Counted from the first letter of the stretch, positions 13,350-27,504 are shown. The stretch: DNA of 64,000 bases from Octopus vulgaris (GCA_951406725.2 OX597835.1:48298001-48362000); one strand, 5' to 3'. Program-made: numbers and translations. The notes: generated by a model not told the origin, from the sequence alone.

Positions 13350-13740
13350 AAGTAGCTTGCTAACCAACCCATGGATCCGGGTTCCGGATTCAGTCCCACT
13401 GCGTGGCACCTTGGGCAAGTGTCTTCTACTATAGCCTCGGGCCCACCATAGCCTTGTGAGTGGATTTGATAGACGGAAACTGAAAGAAGCGCGTCATATA
13501 TATATATATATATTTATATATGTATATGTTTGTGTATCTGTGTTTGTCCTCCCACCTTCGCTTGACAACCGATGTTAGTGTGTGTAAGTTCCTGTAAACC
13601 AGCGGTTCGGCAAAAGAGATCGATAGAATAAGTACTAGGCTTACAAAGAATAAGTCCTGTGGTCGATTTTTTCGACTAAAGGCGGTGCTCAAGCCAGCAT
13701 AGTCGCAGTCAAATGACTGGAACAAGTGAAATAAAGAATA
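13350..13740 (+). mobile_element. CORE-type SINE with internal (TA)n
   Basis: GGATTCAGTCCCACTGCGTGGCACCTTGGGCAAGTGTCTT...AAGGCGGTGCTC...GAACAAGTGAAATAAAGAA, homologous to 1018-1527. Confidence 0.85.
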
Positions 13741-13761
13741 TATATACTATATATACATATG

Positions 13762-13830
<69 letters not shown>

Positions 13831-15208
13831 ATATGTATATATATATGTATATATATATATATGCTCGCATAGATATGAACGTATTTGATGTGTGCACATG
13901 GGTGTATATTCCATACCAGCTAGAGGCATCTACTGTTTTGCATATATATAGGAGTGAATAGGGGAGAGGAACGCGAAGCAACTGATAGGGGATTTATAGG
14001 AAGAGTCATCCAAATGAGGATTTTGTAATATCTAACTTTATTTTAAGGTACTATAAACTTTCTTTTAAAAATAAATGCTTCCTTTCATTATTTTGTATAA
14101 GTTCCAAGAAATTTGATAAAAGTAAATTAATTTTATTGCATGCGTTCCATATTTTCTGATATTACCCTTAGTGGCAAAGCTATACACCCAAACGTACCCG
14201 TCATATAACGAATATAACTGTAGTCTTCTTTGGTTGACATTTGCGTTAATCCAACCATAATAACATTTTAGATGCATTTAATTAAGGCTTTTATTTTGTA
14301 TATGTTTTTATAATATTTAGACATATTCCGAAAATAACTTTTAACCAATTTGAAATTACTAGATAAAATTTTTTACAATTAGCTTCTGTTGTTTCTGTTG
14401 GTTGATTCTATCTATTTCGAGGGACTGAAGTATCTAAACAAGAATTAATAATATATACATTTTTTTGTAAAATATATAAGCTTAATTGAATATATTGTAA
14501 ATATAACCATTATTTAATTTGAGTCGATATTTTCAATTGAAATATAAAGCCTTCAATATTTGTACATAGAAGTTGCTGTTTTGATTAAACCAAATTTCAT
14601 CAGTGTAACGTAATCATATTTCTTACATATTTATAAAGTACACAGCAGGATTTAATTCAAAATTGCTTTATATTCCTAATCCTTAATTTCAACAACCGAT
14701 AAAATCCATTTAGAACGCATATTCTACCAATATTCTTCTAGATGGAGAGAAATTGCTTTTAAAAGAATTTTCAAAACAGAAATCACGAGATTTTACACCT
14801 AGAAGTTCACCACAGTCGCCTTCTTAGAAATCAGAGAAATCTCGAAGACAGATATCTTCATAGAGAGAACGCTAGTTCTATAGAAATGTTTATAATATTT
14901 TTAAACATTGAGTTATATCCATACATGGAAACAGTATTTACCACCGTGTGTTATCAGTGAGATTTGAGCAAACCCAGCCGCTGAGAATATACAACAGAGC
15001 TGTATATTCTGAAAAAACGCTATGAAAAAATACCGTTATATAAAGGGAAATTACTGTGTTATAATTCAGCTACTTATATAAAATAAGATTAAAATTTCAT
15101 AAGATTAAGATTAATGTAAAAAATAAATAACACTGAAGCAAAATAACACCATATATATAGTGCGTGTATTTTTATTGGCTAAACTGGCAAAATGACCATC
15201 CGAAATAT

Positions 15209-15254
<46 letters not shown>

Positions 15255-15260
<6 letters not shown>

Positions 15261-16290
15261 ATATGTTACAATTACTCAATAGTCAAGTTAAAAATCTCTG
15301 AGTTTCAGATGCCGAAGTGGAAATCCACAACACCATCTTTTCGGTTATCTGGCCATCTGAAAAAACCTATGAAAAAATACCTTTATATAAAGGGAAATTA
15401 CTGTGTTATAATTCTGCTACATATAAATTAAGATTAAATGTTCATAGTAAACACGTAAACATGGCTACTCATACGTTCACATGTGCGCTCGCGGACCCAC
15501 GTGCGTACTTATACGTCACTATGAAAACGTACACATCTTCACTCGCATTTTTCGCCAAATATATACGCATATATATACAAACTCATACACACACACATGC
15601 ACTATATACGCACAAGCACAAGATAAACCATGGTTAAAGGTAACAGAAAAAACATAAGGAAGTATACAAAGCATAAAAACCACGTTCATATACGGACATG
15701 CCCTTATGCACTCATACACACACACGCCCATATATGTATATACCCGCACATGTTTATATACGCATACATACACACGCATATACGAAAAATGAATATACAT
15801 ATGCCCACCCCACCAAAAAAAAACCTTAAAAAAGGGAAGAATACTAAGTAAAAACGTCTATATATATATGCATTTTTATGCCCGCACACACGCACACATC
15901 TAAAACTGTCCACTCATACATATTCACACACCTGTACAAATAAATCTATATACACGTCTATATAGGCACAGGAAAAAATGCAAGATAGAAAAGTACAGAA
16001 AAAATTATTATGTGTGAAAATATAAAAATATATGAAATAATAAAAGGTATAATGAGATAATGTGAGCGTATGACTAGCCATGTTTACGTGTTTTATTATG
16101 AAATTTTAATCTTATTTTATATAAGTAGCAGAATTATAACACTGTAATTTCCCTTTATATAAAGGTGTTATTTCATAGCGTTTTTTCAGATGGCCAGATA
16201 ACCGAAGACATGGTGTTGTGGATTTCCACTTCGGCATCAGAAACTCAGAGTTTCATCTTGACTATTGAGTAATTGTAACATATTATTTTA
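15255..16290. mobile_element. Inverted pair of about 230-bp Penelope-like terminal repeats (15255-15485 and 16058-16290) with hammerhead-like motifs; extra partial direct copy at 15009-15105
   Basis: The arms are reverse complements (e.g. GATGCCGAAGTGGAAATCCACAACACCAT vs ATGGTGTTGTGGATTTCCACTTCGGCATC), separated by about 570 bp of TA/CA-rich spacer. Confidence 0.75.
16196..16258 (+). ncRNA. Degenerate type I hammerhead-like motif, CCGAAGA core variant
   Basis: AGATAA-CCGAAGA(16202-16208)-CATGGTGTTG..CGGCATCA-GAAA(16240-16243)-CTCAGA-GTT-TCATCT. Stem II pairs well; the cleavage triplet is GUU. Confidence 0.5.
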
Positions 16291-16358
16291 TAGATAAATT
16301 TCCTCTATTTACATAATATTGAGGTCTCTTTCTTTCTTTTGTTATCTTACCGTTTTTA

Positions 16359-16390
<32 letters not shown>

Positions 16391-16395
<5 letters not shown>

Positions 16396-16593
16396 TATAT
16401 AGAAGGAGCTTCTACAGGACTAGAACTGTATCATTCAAGAGAAATCTTCAGGAAGCAGATTGCTTCCTGAAGATTTCTCTTGAATGATACAGTTCTAGTC
16501 CTGTAAAGCTCCTTCTATATAATAAATTAATTTTACTCTGCTATGTATTGAGTACCTTATTTACTGTGGTTAACCCCGAATCAACCCGGGACC

Positions 16594-16596
<3 letters not shown>
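16391..16596. mobile_element. Short hammerhead-bearing element with near-perfect head-to-head inversion (16391-16457 and 16461-16526), inserted in (TA)n
   Basis: About 66-bp arms with a 3-nt spacer, differing by one base; (TA)n on both flanks. Confidence 0.8.
16408..16456 (-). ncRNA. Type I hammerhead motif (GAAA mutated to GATA); mirrored on + at 16462-16509
   Basis: Minus strand: GCTTC-CTGAAGA-TTTCTCTTGAAT-GATA-CAGTTCTAGTCCT-GTA-GAAGC. Stem I GCTTC/GAAGC and stem III ACAG/CTGT both pair. Confidence 0.65.
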
Positions 16597-16645
<49 letters not shown>

Positions 16646-18382
16646 ATATGTATATATGTATGTATATATATATATATATGTATATATGTGTATATATATA
16701 TGTATGTATGTATATATATATATATATACATACATACATGCACATGCATACATACATACATACATACATTCATACATACATACATACATACATACATACA
16801 TACATACATACATACATACATTCATACATACATACATACATGCATACATACACACACACATACATACTTGTGAATATCCTCGATGCCCGCAACTGAATCG
16901 GCACTGAACTTAAAGTGCCACTTGTGTAACATATTCAAGGTATATACACCACTCAAAGGCATGATGCTGTCGTTTTTGACTGATATATAGTATGCACATA
17001 GACATGTGTTAATAATATAATATACGTCAGAGCAAAGAGGATATCCTCCCAGAAGTGACTCGTGGGAACGTCAGAAGTGTTTTGGCCTGTCTTAACCGTG
17101 GCAATGACACGTGACAGTTTGTTATATACCTTCCCTCCGACATATTGAGTAAAACCTCTTATCAAAAACCACGTGGCATTTAATCGTGTATATATACTTC
17201 GGAGGGTGCACGGGTGGTCAATTTGAAACGGGCAAACTTTTTACAATATCAAAAATAGTAAGGTGCGATTTGAGATTAATTTAAGTATTGCATTTTTTGC
17301 TGTTCGAATAGTCACTGTTGGCATATTGCCAAAACGTTATGATAATAAGATAGTAGGCTCAAATCCTTGACTAGGCTGTGCACAGTATCTTAATGCGTAA
17401 GATTTCATTTCAGACCCCTCCAGCCTATCCAGCTATCAATGATCACAAAGGATTTTTGGTGCAATCTTGTTAAAACTCTTCCCACATCTAAAATCCTACG
17501 TATTTGGCTGGGGCAAAGGTAAAGCATCCAAGGATGTGTCTATGTCTGCTAGCGACTACATAGACCCCTAAAAGCAATTAACTAAACTACTTATTATCAA
17601 ACCAAATTCTCTCCCAAGTGACAGCTGACTGTACTACTAGTCATGTAGTTCAGCCCCAACTAAAACCCGTTGGAACAGACTTAACCCACGTATGCCCATA
17701 AAAAAATGAAGTCTTAAAATTTCACTGTATTTAGATTACGCGTTATGGTAAGCTTTCACAATCAGGAAGAGAAGGACAGTGCGCAAATGTTAGCTGCGGA
17801 TGTCGGCTACCTACGGAACATTTCGTATGCTCAGACAGATACTTCCCAGCTAGTTCAGGTCGAAACAAGTAGGAGCAGGTTCTGCGTTGCGAAAACGCAA
17901 CCAGGGGTATATATGGGAGATAGTAAAAATTGTGCCAACCATGAGTGTCACGTACTTTTTTGCATAACAAAGATCCAAGTTTTCTATTTTTAATACAGGT
18001 TTGCGTGACTTGACAAATATTTAGTTGCTGGATTTAGTATGAAGCAATGGTTTGTCGGGACAATGCAGACGGGTGAAGGGTTATTTCCATTGCTGTTCTT
18101 TAATCTAACATCACCAAACTATTTTACAAAGTTTATTTACATTCTGCTCCTATAAATATATTATTCGAAAATTTGGTTTCCGCTATTCTTGATTTGACGG
18201 CATGGGTTTATGATTCTTATATATATTAGCTTCTTCCGGTTTCGTTTATCGAAATGTTACCTGTCATTTTGCATATGGATATTTGTATAAATATCTTATC
18301 TTCAAAAATACACAAATATGCATATAAGCGTCTATTCACACTGGCTGATACAAACACACTATTCTCACACACATATATATAG

Positions 18383-18479
18383 TTACGTATGTATAACCGC
18401 CATTTTGTTATTATGTTCTACAAGGATGTCTGTCAAGAAACATCTGCATAAATACATTCATACACAAATATATATGTAC

Positions 18480-18535
<56 letters not shown>

Positions 18536-18625
18536 GTACATATATTTGTGTATGAATGTATTTATGCAGATGTTTCTTGACAGACATCCTTGTAGAACAT
18601 AACAAAATGGCGGTTATATACGTAA
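18383..18625. repeat. Long palindrome: about 100-bp inverted arms around a central (TA)n
   Basis: CCGCCATTTTGTTA..GTTCTACAAGGATGTCTGTCAAGAAACATCTGCATAAATAC is mirrored on the right of the (TA)n. Confidence 0.9.
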
Positions 18626-18691
18626 ATATATATATGCACATCTACACATGTATAAATACATATAGACTGTAACATATATATATATTTATAT

Positions 18692-18752
<61 letters not shown>

Positions 18753-18970
18753 CACAGGTTCAAGCACTTTTATATATGAGAATACACGCTTCTTTATATT
18801 TGCGATTACAATATTTATGTATCGTGTGTATAGTGTGAACGTGTGTATAATTCATCGTTCACAAGTTATTCTTCACTTCCCGGGAAAAGGCTTATTAATG
18901 TCATTTATATAAACACATGCATGCACCGACAGTGATACACACATATATATAGACACATACACGCACACAT

Positions 18971-19005
<35 letters not shown>

Positions 19006-19199
19006 TACAAAGAAATTAAACGGGCGGCTGCACTCTAAAGCCACTTTGTGTTGTTTTAGAATCTATATGTAGATAGATATATACACATACACACACACAC
19101 ACATATATGTATATATATATGTATATATATATATATCTGTGTGTGTGACTATGTATTTATGTATGAAGATATGTGCGTATGTATGCATGTATATAAGCG

Positions 19200-19279
<80 letters not shown>

Positions 19280-19789
19280 GTATGTATGTATATCTGTTTC
19301 CACTCTATAAATCATTGAACGAGAAAAAATAAAACTGAATATCTATTCAATGAATTATATGAATAATTAAATAAATAAAGACAGAACAATTTTGAGAAAG
19401 ATTAAAGAAATCCTAATGAACGATATTTCATTCATCCCATTTTTACATAATTGTTCCATTCTTTCCTGCTTTTCTTCGTTATGATGTCGGACATATTTGA
19501 GGATTTTGGTCGGTTGGTTGGTTTCGTTATTGTTGTTGTTGTTGTTGTTGGTGCTGTATTTATCAGTGTTCATTTTGTTGTTGTTATTGCTGTTACAGTA
19601 TTTATTATTATTGAAAAGTGGAGGAATATCACCAAAGAAAAAAAAAAGTCTCAGCAAATATTTTACGTCATCAATAGCAACAAAAACAACAAAAGTAATA
19701 ATAACAATATCAACAACAATGTCAAAAATCAGGATAATAAAACAAGAGTAGCAATAAGGATTACCATAGTAATAATGATTTCTTATATA

Positions 19790-20400
<611 letters not shown>

Positions 20401-21032
20401 AATTGATTCTTTATTAGCCACAAGGGCAATGTAAATGCGAATGTAACGTTGGAGTTCAATGAAATAGACGAAATCTCGAGTGTATGTGTGTGTAAGAGAC
20501 TGTGTTTGGTACGTGAAGCAACATGGGTATATATATTTATATAGGCATACACAAGGACACACACACACACTCACACACACTCACTCTCACACACACACAG
20601 ACGCATATATATACATATATACGCATATGCTACTCCTCATATAATGACATGTGTCTGTGAATGATTGTGCATTTATTTCAATATACATATATATATGTAT
20701 ATAGCACACACACACACACATATATATATACATATATATATATACATGTATACATATATATACATATATATATATATATGTATGTGAGTATGTATGTATG
20801 CATGTATGTATATATACATGCGTATAGAGAGAGAGAGAGAGAGACGGAGAGAAATATGTATACAATGGCAAATTGCAAACAGACAAAAACTAATCGATAA
20901 CTGAAATTAATATTCGGACAAGAGAAAAGAAAAACAAAACAAAAATCTTCAAAATTGTATATATGTGCATGTGTGCGTGTGTGTGTGTGCGTGTGTGTGT
21001 ATGTGTGTGTGTGCGTGCATTTATATGTGCGA

Positions 21033-21069
<37 letters not shown>

Positions 21070-22421
21070 TCTATATATGTATATATATGTATATGTGTGT
21101 GTGGTTGCGTGTATGTGTGTGTGTGTGTGTGTAAAATCAATTGGAAACAAATAAATAAAATAAGAAAGAAAGGGGTGATGTGTGGAATAATTCAGGTCAA
21201 CTATAAAAGGAATAAATATGTTTGATTCATTGGGTCAAACTGGAATCGGCAGACATCCAGAAAGTTCTATGACCTCTTGTAAACTTCGAAAAGCCGAAAT
21301 TGTTTCCTATAAATGGTACGGCTTAATCAAATATTAAAGAACGTTTAGCGGTATTGTCGTGCTTGCTATTTGCTATCATTTTTATTTTTTATGTTATAGT
21401 TGTTCTTATTTGCGGCCTTGTGGTGGTTTTTATTGTTGTTGTCTTTGCTCTTGTGGTTAAAGTCTGTTCTTTATTCAGCGCCCGACGCGAAACGAGCATC
21501 GTGTGCTTTAAATGTACTTAAAACGTATGCCGAAGAGAGAAGGAAGAAAAACAAAGAAAAATTAACATCAACAACAACAACAACAACAACACTGACAGCA
21601 ACATTGATAATATAAACAAGAACAATGACAGTGGCAAAAGATTGAATTTAATAAAAATAACACAGGATGCATGACCAAATTATATTTATATAACGTTTGC
21701 ATGCATTCACATATACACACATACATACGTATAACTGTATATGTGTATGTATACACAAATGTATAGGTGTGTGTGTGTGTGTTCATGTCTGGAGGCTTGT
21801 TTGTATATATACATATATATATATATATACACATGTATGCACCAACATATATGCTGACACACATACGTTATGTAAATGCATATATATATATATATATATC
21901 TATGCCTACATACACATATGCATATAGATATATTTATGTATATATGTGTGTGCGTTTGTTCACGTGTGCATAGGTGCGTGTGGGGCCATATTTTTAGACA
22001 CAAACCACACACTGATATTAGTTCCCTGTACACACATATATCGAGATGGGGAGGGAGGTGGGAAATATCTACAAATGCAACAAAGGCAACATATTGTGTT
22101 GTGTGCGTGCCGCATTAAGTGGAATTTTAGAGAAAAAGACTTTATTTAATTAACTACAACATATTGGCAACGAACCAGCCAAAGGTGGCGCATCCATATT
22201 ACATATATATATATATATGAAAGTGTGTGTATATGTGTGTATGCATAAACATATACATGAATATATATATATATAAATATACATATACATATGTATATAT
22301 ATATATATATGTGTGTGTGTGTATATATATATATATATTTCTATATATATGTATATATATATTTATATATATACATGTATGTATTTCTCCCTCTTTCTCT
22401 ATTTATATGTGTGTGTGCGTG

Positions 22422-22471
<50 letters not shown>

Positions 22472-22784
22472 TGTATCAGCATACATGTTCATGTATACAT
22501 CTTTCTTTTAGATAACTTTCTAGTCGCTAATCTTCTAGAATTTATTTGCCTTACTTGCTGTATATCAAATTAGAAAATCCGTAGAGGAAGTTCTTGTTTA
22601 ATAATGGCTAGGATAACATAGGCTCACATGATGTTTTTTCTGTCTGCTACTATAACGTGTACACACACACACACTCACATATACATATTTGCCACATGCG
22701 TATATGTGTATAAGTGTGTCTGTTTATTTTGTTAGTCTGTGTATATCTTTCTAACAAACCATCAATATTTATTCACACACGACC

Positions 22785-22821
<37 letters not shown>

Positions 22822-23439
22822 AACACACACAGATATAAAATTCAACTACGATAGTATTCGAATAATATTCTTAAGGCCGCAATTTACTCACACGCAGCAT
22901 ATTTAAAAGCTTGTCACTAATTCAGTTCTTAACCAAATTTAAAACTATTAACACTTTTGAAGAGGAGCTGTCCCTAGCTACATTTTGGCATAAAAATTGT
23001 TATTTGATCCAGGAGAAAAAAGTTTACATCAAAATTTGTAATAACGTTATAGGACACCAATCAAGTTTGCGATCTAAATAACTTTTTTAGTTTAAAATCA
23101 AAATATATTTATCTTAGCTTCAGTGATAGAAGAAATCATGAAGAATTTCATAGTTTTGGTCCCATGCAACAAAATTTGTATCAAAATTTGTATCAAAAAA
23201 GTTATGAGGTAAAATATAAGGAAAATATATAAGTAACGCAAACAATTAAATTTAAGTATGATTAACTTTTTTCTTTCAAAAACAAATTATGTTTTAAGCT
23301 TAAATGATAGAGCTCAATTCAAGGAATTTCATGGTATCAATGTCATGCAATGAAATTTTAAAAGAAAAAAGTTATGAGTGTTTATTTCTCCAATTTGAGG
23401 TTGATAATATAAGTTCCAAAGGGGGACTTTTAATACATG

Positions 23440-24090
23440 TCACCGGCATCATTGAGGCAAGGAAAAAATTATCAACGACTTCGCTAATTGACACATTTGA
23501 CTCATTATTCATTAGCATAATTAGCATAGCCTGGGGAAAACATGGATTACCTGGAAAAATGCGTGCAAGAAAAATAATATTCTTATGATTATAAACATGG
23601 AAAAGTACAGGACAGGTTATTACACTTGGAAAAGTTCAGGACAAGTTATTACATCTGGTAAAGTAGAGAAGACGACATCGGGTAGTTCTGGACACAATTG
23701 TTTTGCCAATGAGTTTCAAATGTCCTCCTCTTGTAAGACCTGGGTTCTTCACACATTCACGCTTAATTCGTAGCAGAGAACTTTGAGACAACCCTCGAAT
23801 GACACTTGTTGGCTCTCTGACGTCACTTCGTAGGAGCTGTAACAATTTCTTTTGACAGTTTGGTGATATCTTGCAATTGCTTTAGATATTTCTAATGTTG
23901 ATTTACCTCTTGAAAGTTCAGATGTAAAAACAGATTTCTCTGAAGCAATTAAGTCACATTTACGACCCATAATTACATGATTATCGGATGCTCGTTAAAA
24001 ATTTAGAACCCTGAAATTTCGTGGAAATCATGTAAATGGCTGCGGTTCCTTTACACTTGCGCAAAATATAACGTTTTTACGCACCACGTG
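23440..24090 (-). mobile_element. Tc1-like transposon remnant (N-terminal transposase at 23636-23970)
   Basis: MGRKCDLIASEKSVFTSELSRGKSTLEISKAIARYHQTVKR, then a frameshift, then LLRIKRECVKNPGLT...VSRTTRCRLL: paired-like HTH typical of Tc1 transposases. TIRs were not resolved. Confidence 0.7.
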
Positions 24091-24235
24091 TATATAACTG
24101 TCGCCATCATTTTGTGAAAATTTCGTTGGATTCCAACGAGTGGTTTTAAATAAAATAAACAAAATATTCCGTTGTTAATAATAGGAAACGCAGTGTGTAT
24201 ATATTTATATATGTGTATGTATATACATACATAAA

Positions 24236-24348
<113 letters not shown>

Positions 24349-24364
24349 TATTCATTAAAAATAT

Positions 24365-24413
24365 TGATAGTACCTTCGAAGTTTCGGTCAGCTGAACCGT
24401 CATCAGAGTGTAA
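24365..24413 (-). ncRNA. Degenerate hammerhead-like motif
   Basis: Minus strand: CTGATGA-CGGTTCAGCTGACC-GAAA-CTTCGAAG-GTA. Core, stem II and palindromic stem III are present, but stem I does not pair. Confidence 0.4.
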
Positions 24414-25059
24414 TTCCTTGCAAACTTCCACCTCCTTAAACACATACGTGAAAACTTATAAATAGTAACTAAATATTTTCTAGGACAATGATCCCTTACA
24501 GACAATTTGAAACCTACTTGTGAACATTAAAACATTTGGTTACGAACTTTTTCATCCTAATATCACGGTGATATGATTAAGTGATAACCAGCATCCTCCC
24601 AACACCCGGGTGAAAACGCATAAAGAATACTCACCTGCAAACTAACTAAACCGTATCAGCTACTCACAATTTTTTGTGAACTCTTAAATACAAATCCCTT
24701 AATACCTGACATAAATATCGTCAGGAAAAGCAATTATATTGTTACGTTCATTACAATAGCGTTCATTCTGCAAAGACTTTAATGGACTCTGAACTGCTAT
24801 GGAGAAAGCGGGAAGACAGATGGTTTCCTGGTATTGGGATGCAAACCGGGAATATACTCACTTATGTCAATTGGGCGAAGAGGTCAGATGGTATAAGACA
24901 CGATGAGCTCTAATGCAAGTAACATCACCGATAATGATCCCAGAACATCTGTAAGGTGTAGTATGAAACGGAACTACTGTCTTTTTTTCAGAAGCGATAC
25001 CGTTTGGTGTTATTTATCGTAATTAATTCGAGTTATCAAAATAATTGAAATTAATTATG

Positions 25060-25470
25060 GTTTCAAATTTTGGCACAAGTCCAGCAATTTCGGGAGAAGG
25101 AGTAAATCGATAATATCGACGCCAATGTTCAACAGGTATTTATTTCATCGATCTCGAAAGGATGAAAGGCAAAGTCGACCTCGGTGGAATTTGAACTCGG
25201 AACATAAAGACGGGAGAAATGCCGCTAAGCATTTTGCCTGGCAAGCTAACAATACTTTTCTACTCTAGGCACAAGGCGTGAAATTTTGGGGCAGGGAGCC
25301 AGTCGATTAGATCGACCCCAGTACGTAACTGGTACTTAATTTATCGACCCCAAAAGGATGAAAGGTAAAGTTGACCTCGACGGAATTTGAACTTAGAACA
25401 TAGCGCCGGACGAAATACCTCTAAGCATTTCATCCGGCGAACTAACATTTCTGCCAGCTTGCCGCCTAAA
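25060..25470 (-). mobile_element. Two adjacent Nin/Deu-domain-like tRNA SINEs
   Basis: Two copies of TTTATCGACCCC/TC.AAAGGATGAAAGG.AAAGT.GACCTCG..GGAATTTGAACT, the reverse complement of the B box plus GCCTTTCATCCTTTCGGGGTCGATAAA core. Confidence 0.85.
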
Positions 25471-26269
25471 TGTTGTACAGAAGAAAGAAATTACAGCATC
25501 ACTATGTCAGTGGATCAATTTGTATCCACGTGTGAAGCGTTCTTGCATCTCCATGGGTCTGCACTCTTATGCGAGAAGGCGTCTAGTACGATGAGAGCTT
25601 ATATATTAACATTCTAAACTACTTTTGTTCCGATGGGGAGTTATGTGTCTAATATCAAAATAGAAATTGCGATTGAAACACTTTGAATTTTCAAAAGTAT
25701 TCGGTTGGGGCCGTTTTTGTAAATTTTGCATCAATAAATTTCCTACTAAGCAAATACTTCTCACTCTGGATGATTCCCTGGCCGTATTTTCTAATTGACT
25801 TTTATGTTACATATGTATTTATCCATTCTCTGATTTGACTTCTTCAATGTTTAATTCATCGAGGCTTTATTTTCTCATTTGTCGCTGAGAGTCCCCATAG
25901 TGGTGTAGAATTGCTTTTGCATCCAGATTTGCAAGATTAGATAAGGTGTACATACCTTATTTTGCATATTTTGAAGGTGTTTTCTATTATCCCGATGTAA
26001 TCTAACAGAATTCCATCTGTTGATATAACATTAATTCTCATCAGCAGCTCCTTTGACAGGTGTTTCTCGTTAAGTGTATAATCTAGTGCACCTCTAAAAA
26101 CAAGTGAAGATTCGGAACTATAAGATATACAAACAAGTAAACTGACTTTTATAGAATTCTTGTTAAATGTTTAGTGTAAGATGGGAAATTGCTAACTCAC
26201 TAGTGGCAGGAATGTCCGTGTTACGTTTATGATTACTGATAGTAATATGTAAAGTTACTAGATATTATC

Positions 26270-26590
26270 GTTCTGTTTTCTATGTTTGGACTATTTTCGT
26301 ATAGGATATCTGACGTTCTGTTGCTTGTGCTTGACATTACTATTAAGTCTACGCTGGTGTGTGGAGAAAAGGCAGAAAGAACTGTAACTTCACATCACTT
26401 TCTAAACATATAGGGAATCTCAAAGAGAGATATCAAATGATTCAAATTTAATGCAGTACATTGTTGAAAAAGCCAAACCATACAGTAAGAGGTGTAGTAT
26501 ATGTATCACTGAAACGTATGAAATATTGATTATACTGGGCAAGTCTCTTTCCCCGCCACAAGCAATCTCACCTAGATGTGTACATATCTG
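26270..26590 (+). mobile_element. Penelope-like GIY-YIG endonuclease C-terminal remnant
   Basis: Manual translation TSLSKHIGNLK...IVEKAKPYSKRCSICITETYEIL resembles the T-LSKHIW-LK...A-PY...C-LC--EK--I signature of PLE endonucleases. Frameshifted. Confidence 0.6.
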
Positions 26591-27288
26591 ACGTAGCTTT
26601 AAAGTTGTCTCCCCTCTAACTTAGAACTCTAGCGCCTCTCTCCCTAACAAAGCCATGCTATTATCTTTAAGCAACTCGCTGATGGGATGGCTCTTCCCCG
26701 TGCCACATCCTTTCACCCGTTCTCTCACTCTTCAGGAATCTATCCTGGTCTTTGGAAATATGCTACTCTACTCTTTTATCGTCGGGAAGTGCAAAATCTT
26801 AGATCCTACCAATTCTCGACCTGTCTCTTTCAACGTCTGGAAGACGATAGATGAAAGCAATCGTTCGTTACAAGTCATCTTCTCCGACGCAGTAAAAGTC
26901 TCTCAGCAGTCGGCAACCACCAGTACAGATTTTTTAACTATTGAAGTCAATTTGTTCGATTAAACTCTTCAAGTCGGTGCTGCAGCATGACCGCAGTTCA
27001 ATGCCTAAAAACGTAATAGAATAAACGAATATAAGAATTCAAGAATGTCACAAGCACAAAGAAGAATAACACTCTAATTTACAAATATATTATTATTGTT
27101 TAATACCATTCACTAATGACTAATCATTAATCCCTAATCACTAATTACTAATCACTAATCTCTTAATCACTCTCCGACCTAATCAACTAATCGTCTAACC
27201 GACAAATCACTAACCTCTACTCGTTAATCTCTTACTTCTAGCCTCTTGTAATTATAAACTGCAACAGCAATGGGGAAACCGACCCATG

Positions 27289-27329
<41 letters not shown>

Positions 27330-27504
27330 CTACATTTCTCTCTCTTTCTCTCTTTCTTTCTGGGTTGAGTGAGAATTTGACGTGTGAAGAGAAAAGTCTA
27401 GAAGACTTGAAGAGATTATTAATTCAGTAACAAGAGCGCTGTTGTTAATTTATGAACGACTTCCTTCCTCTCCATTTAATTCTTCCATTTCTCCTCCTTT
27501 CCTT

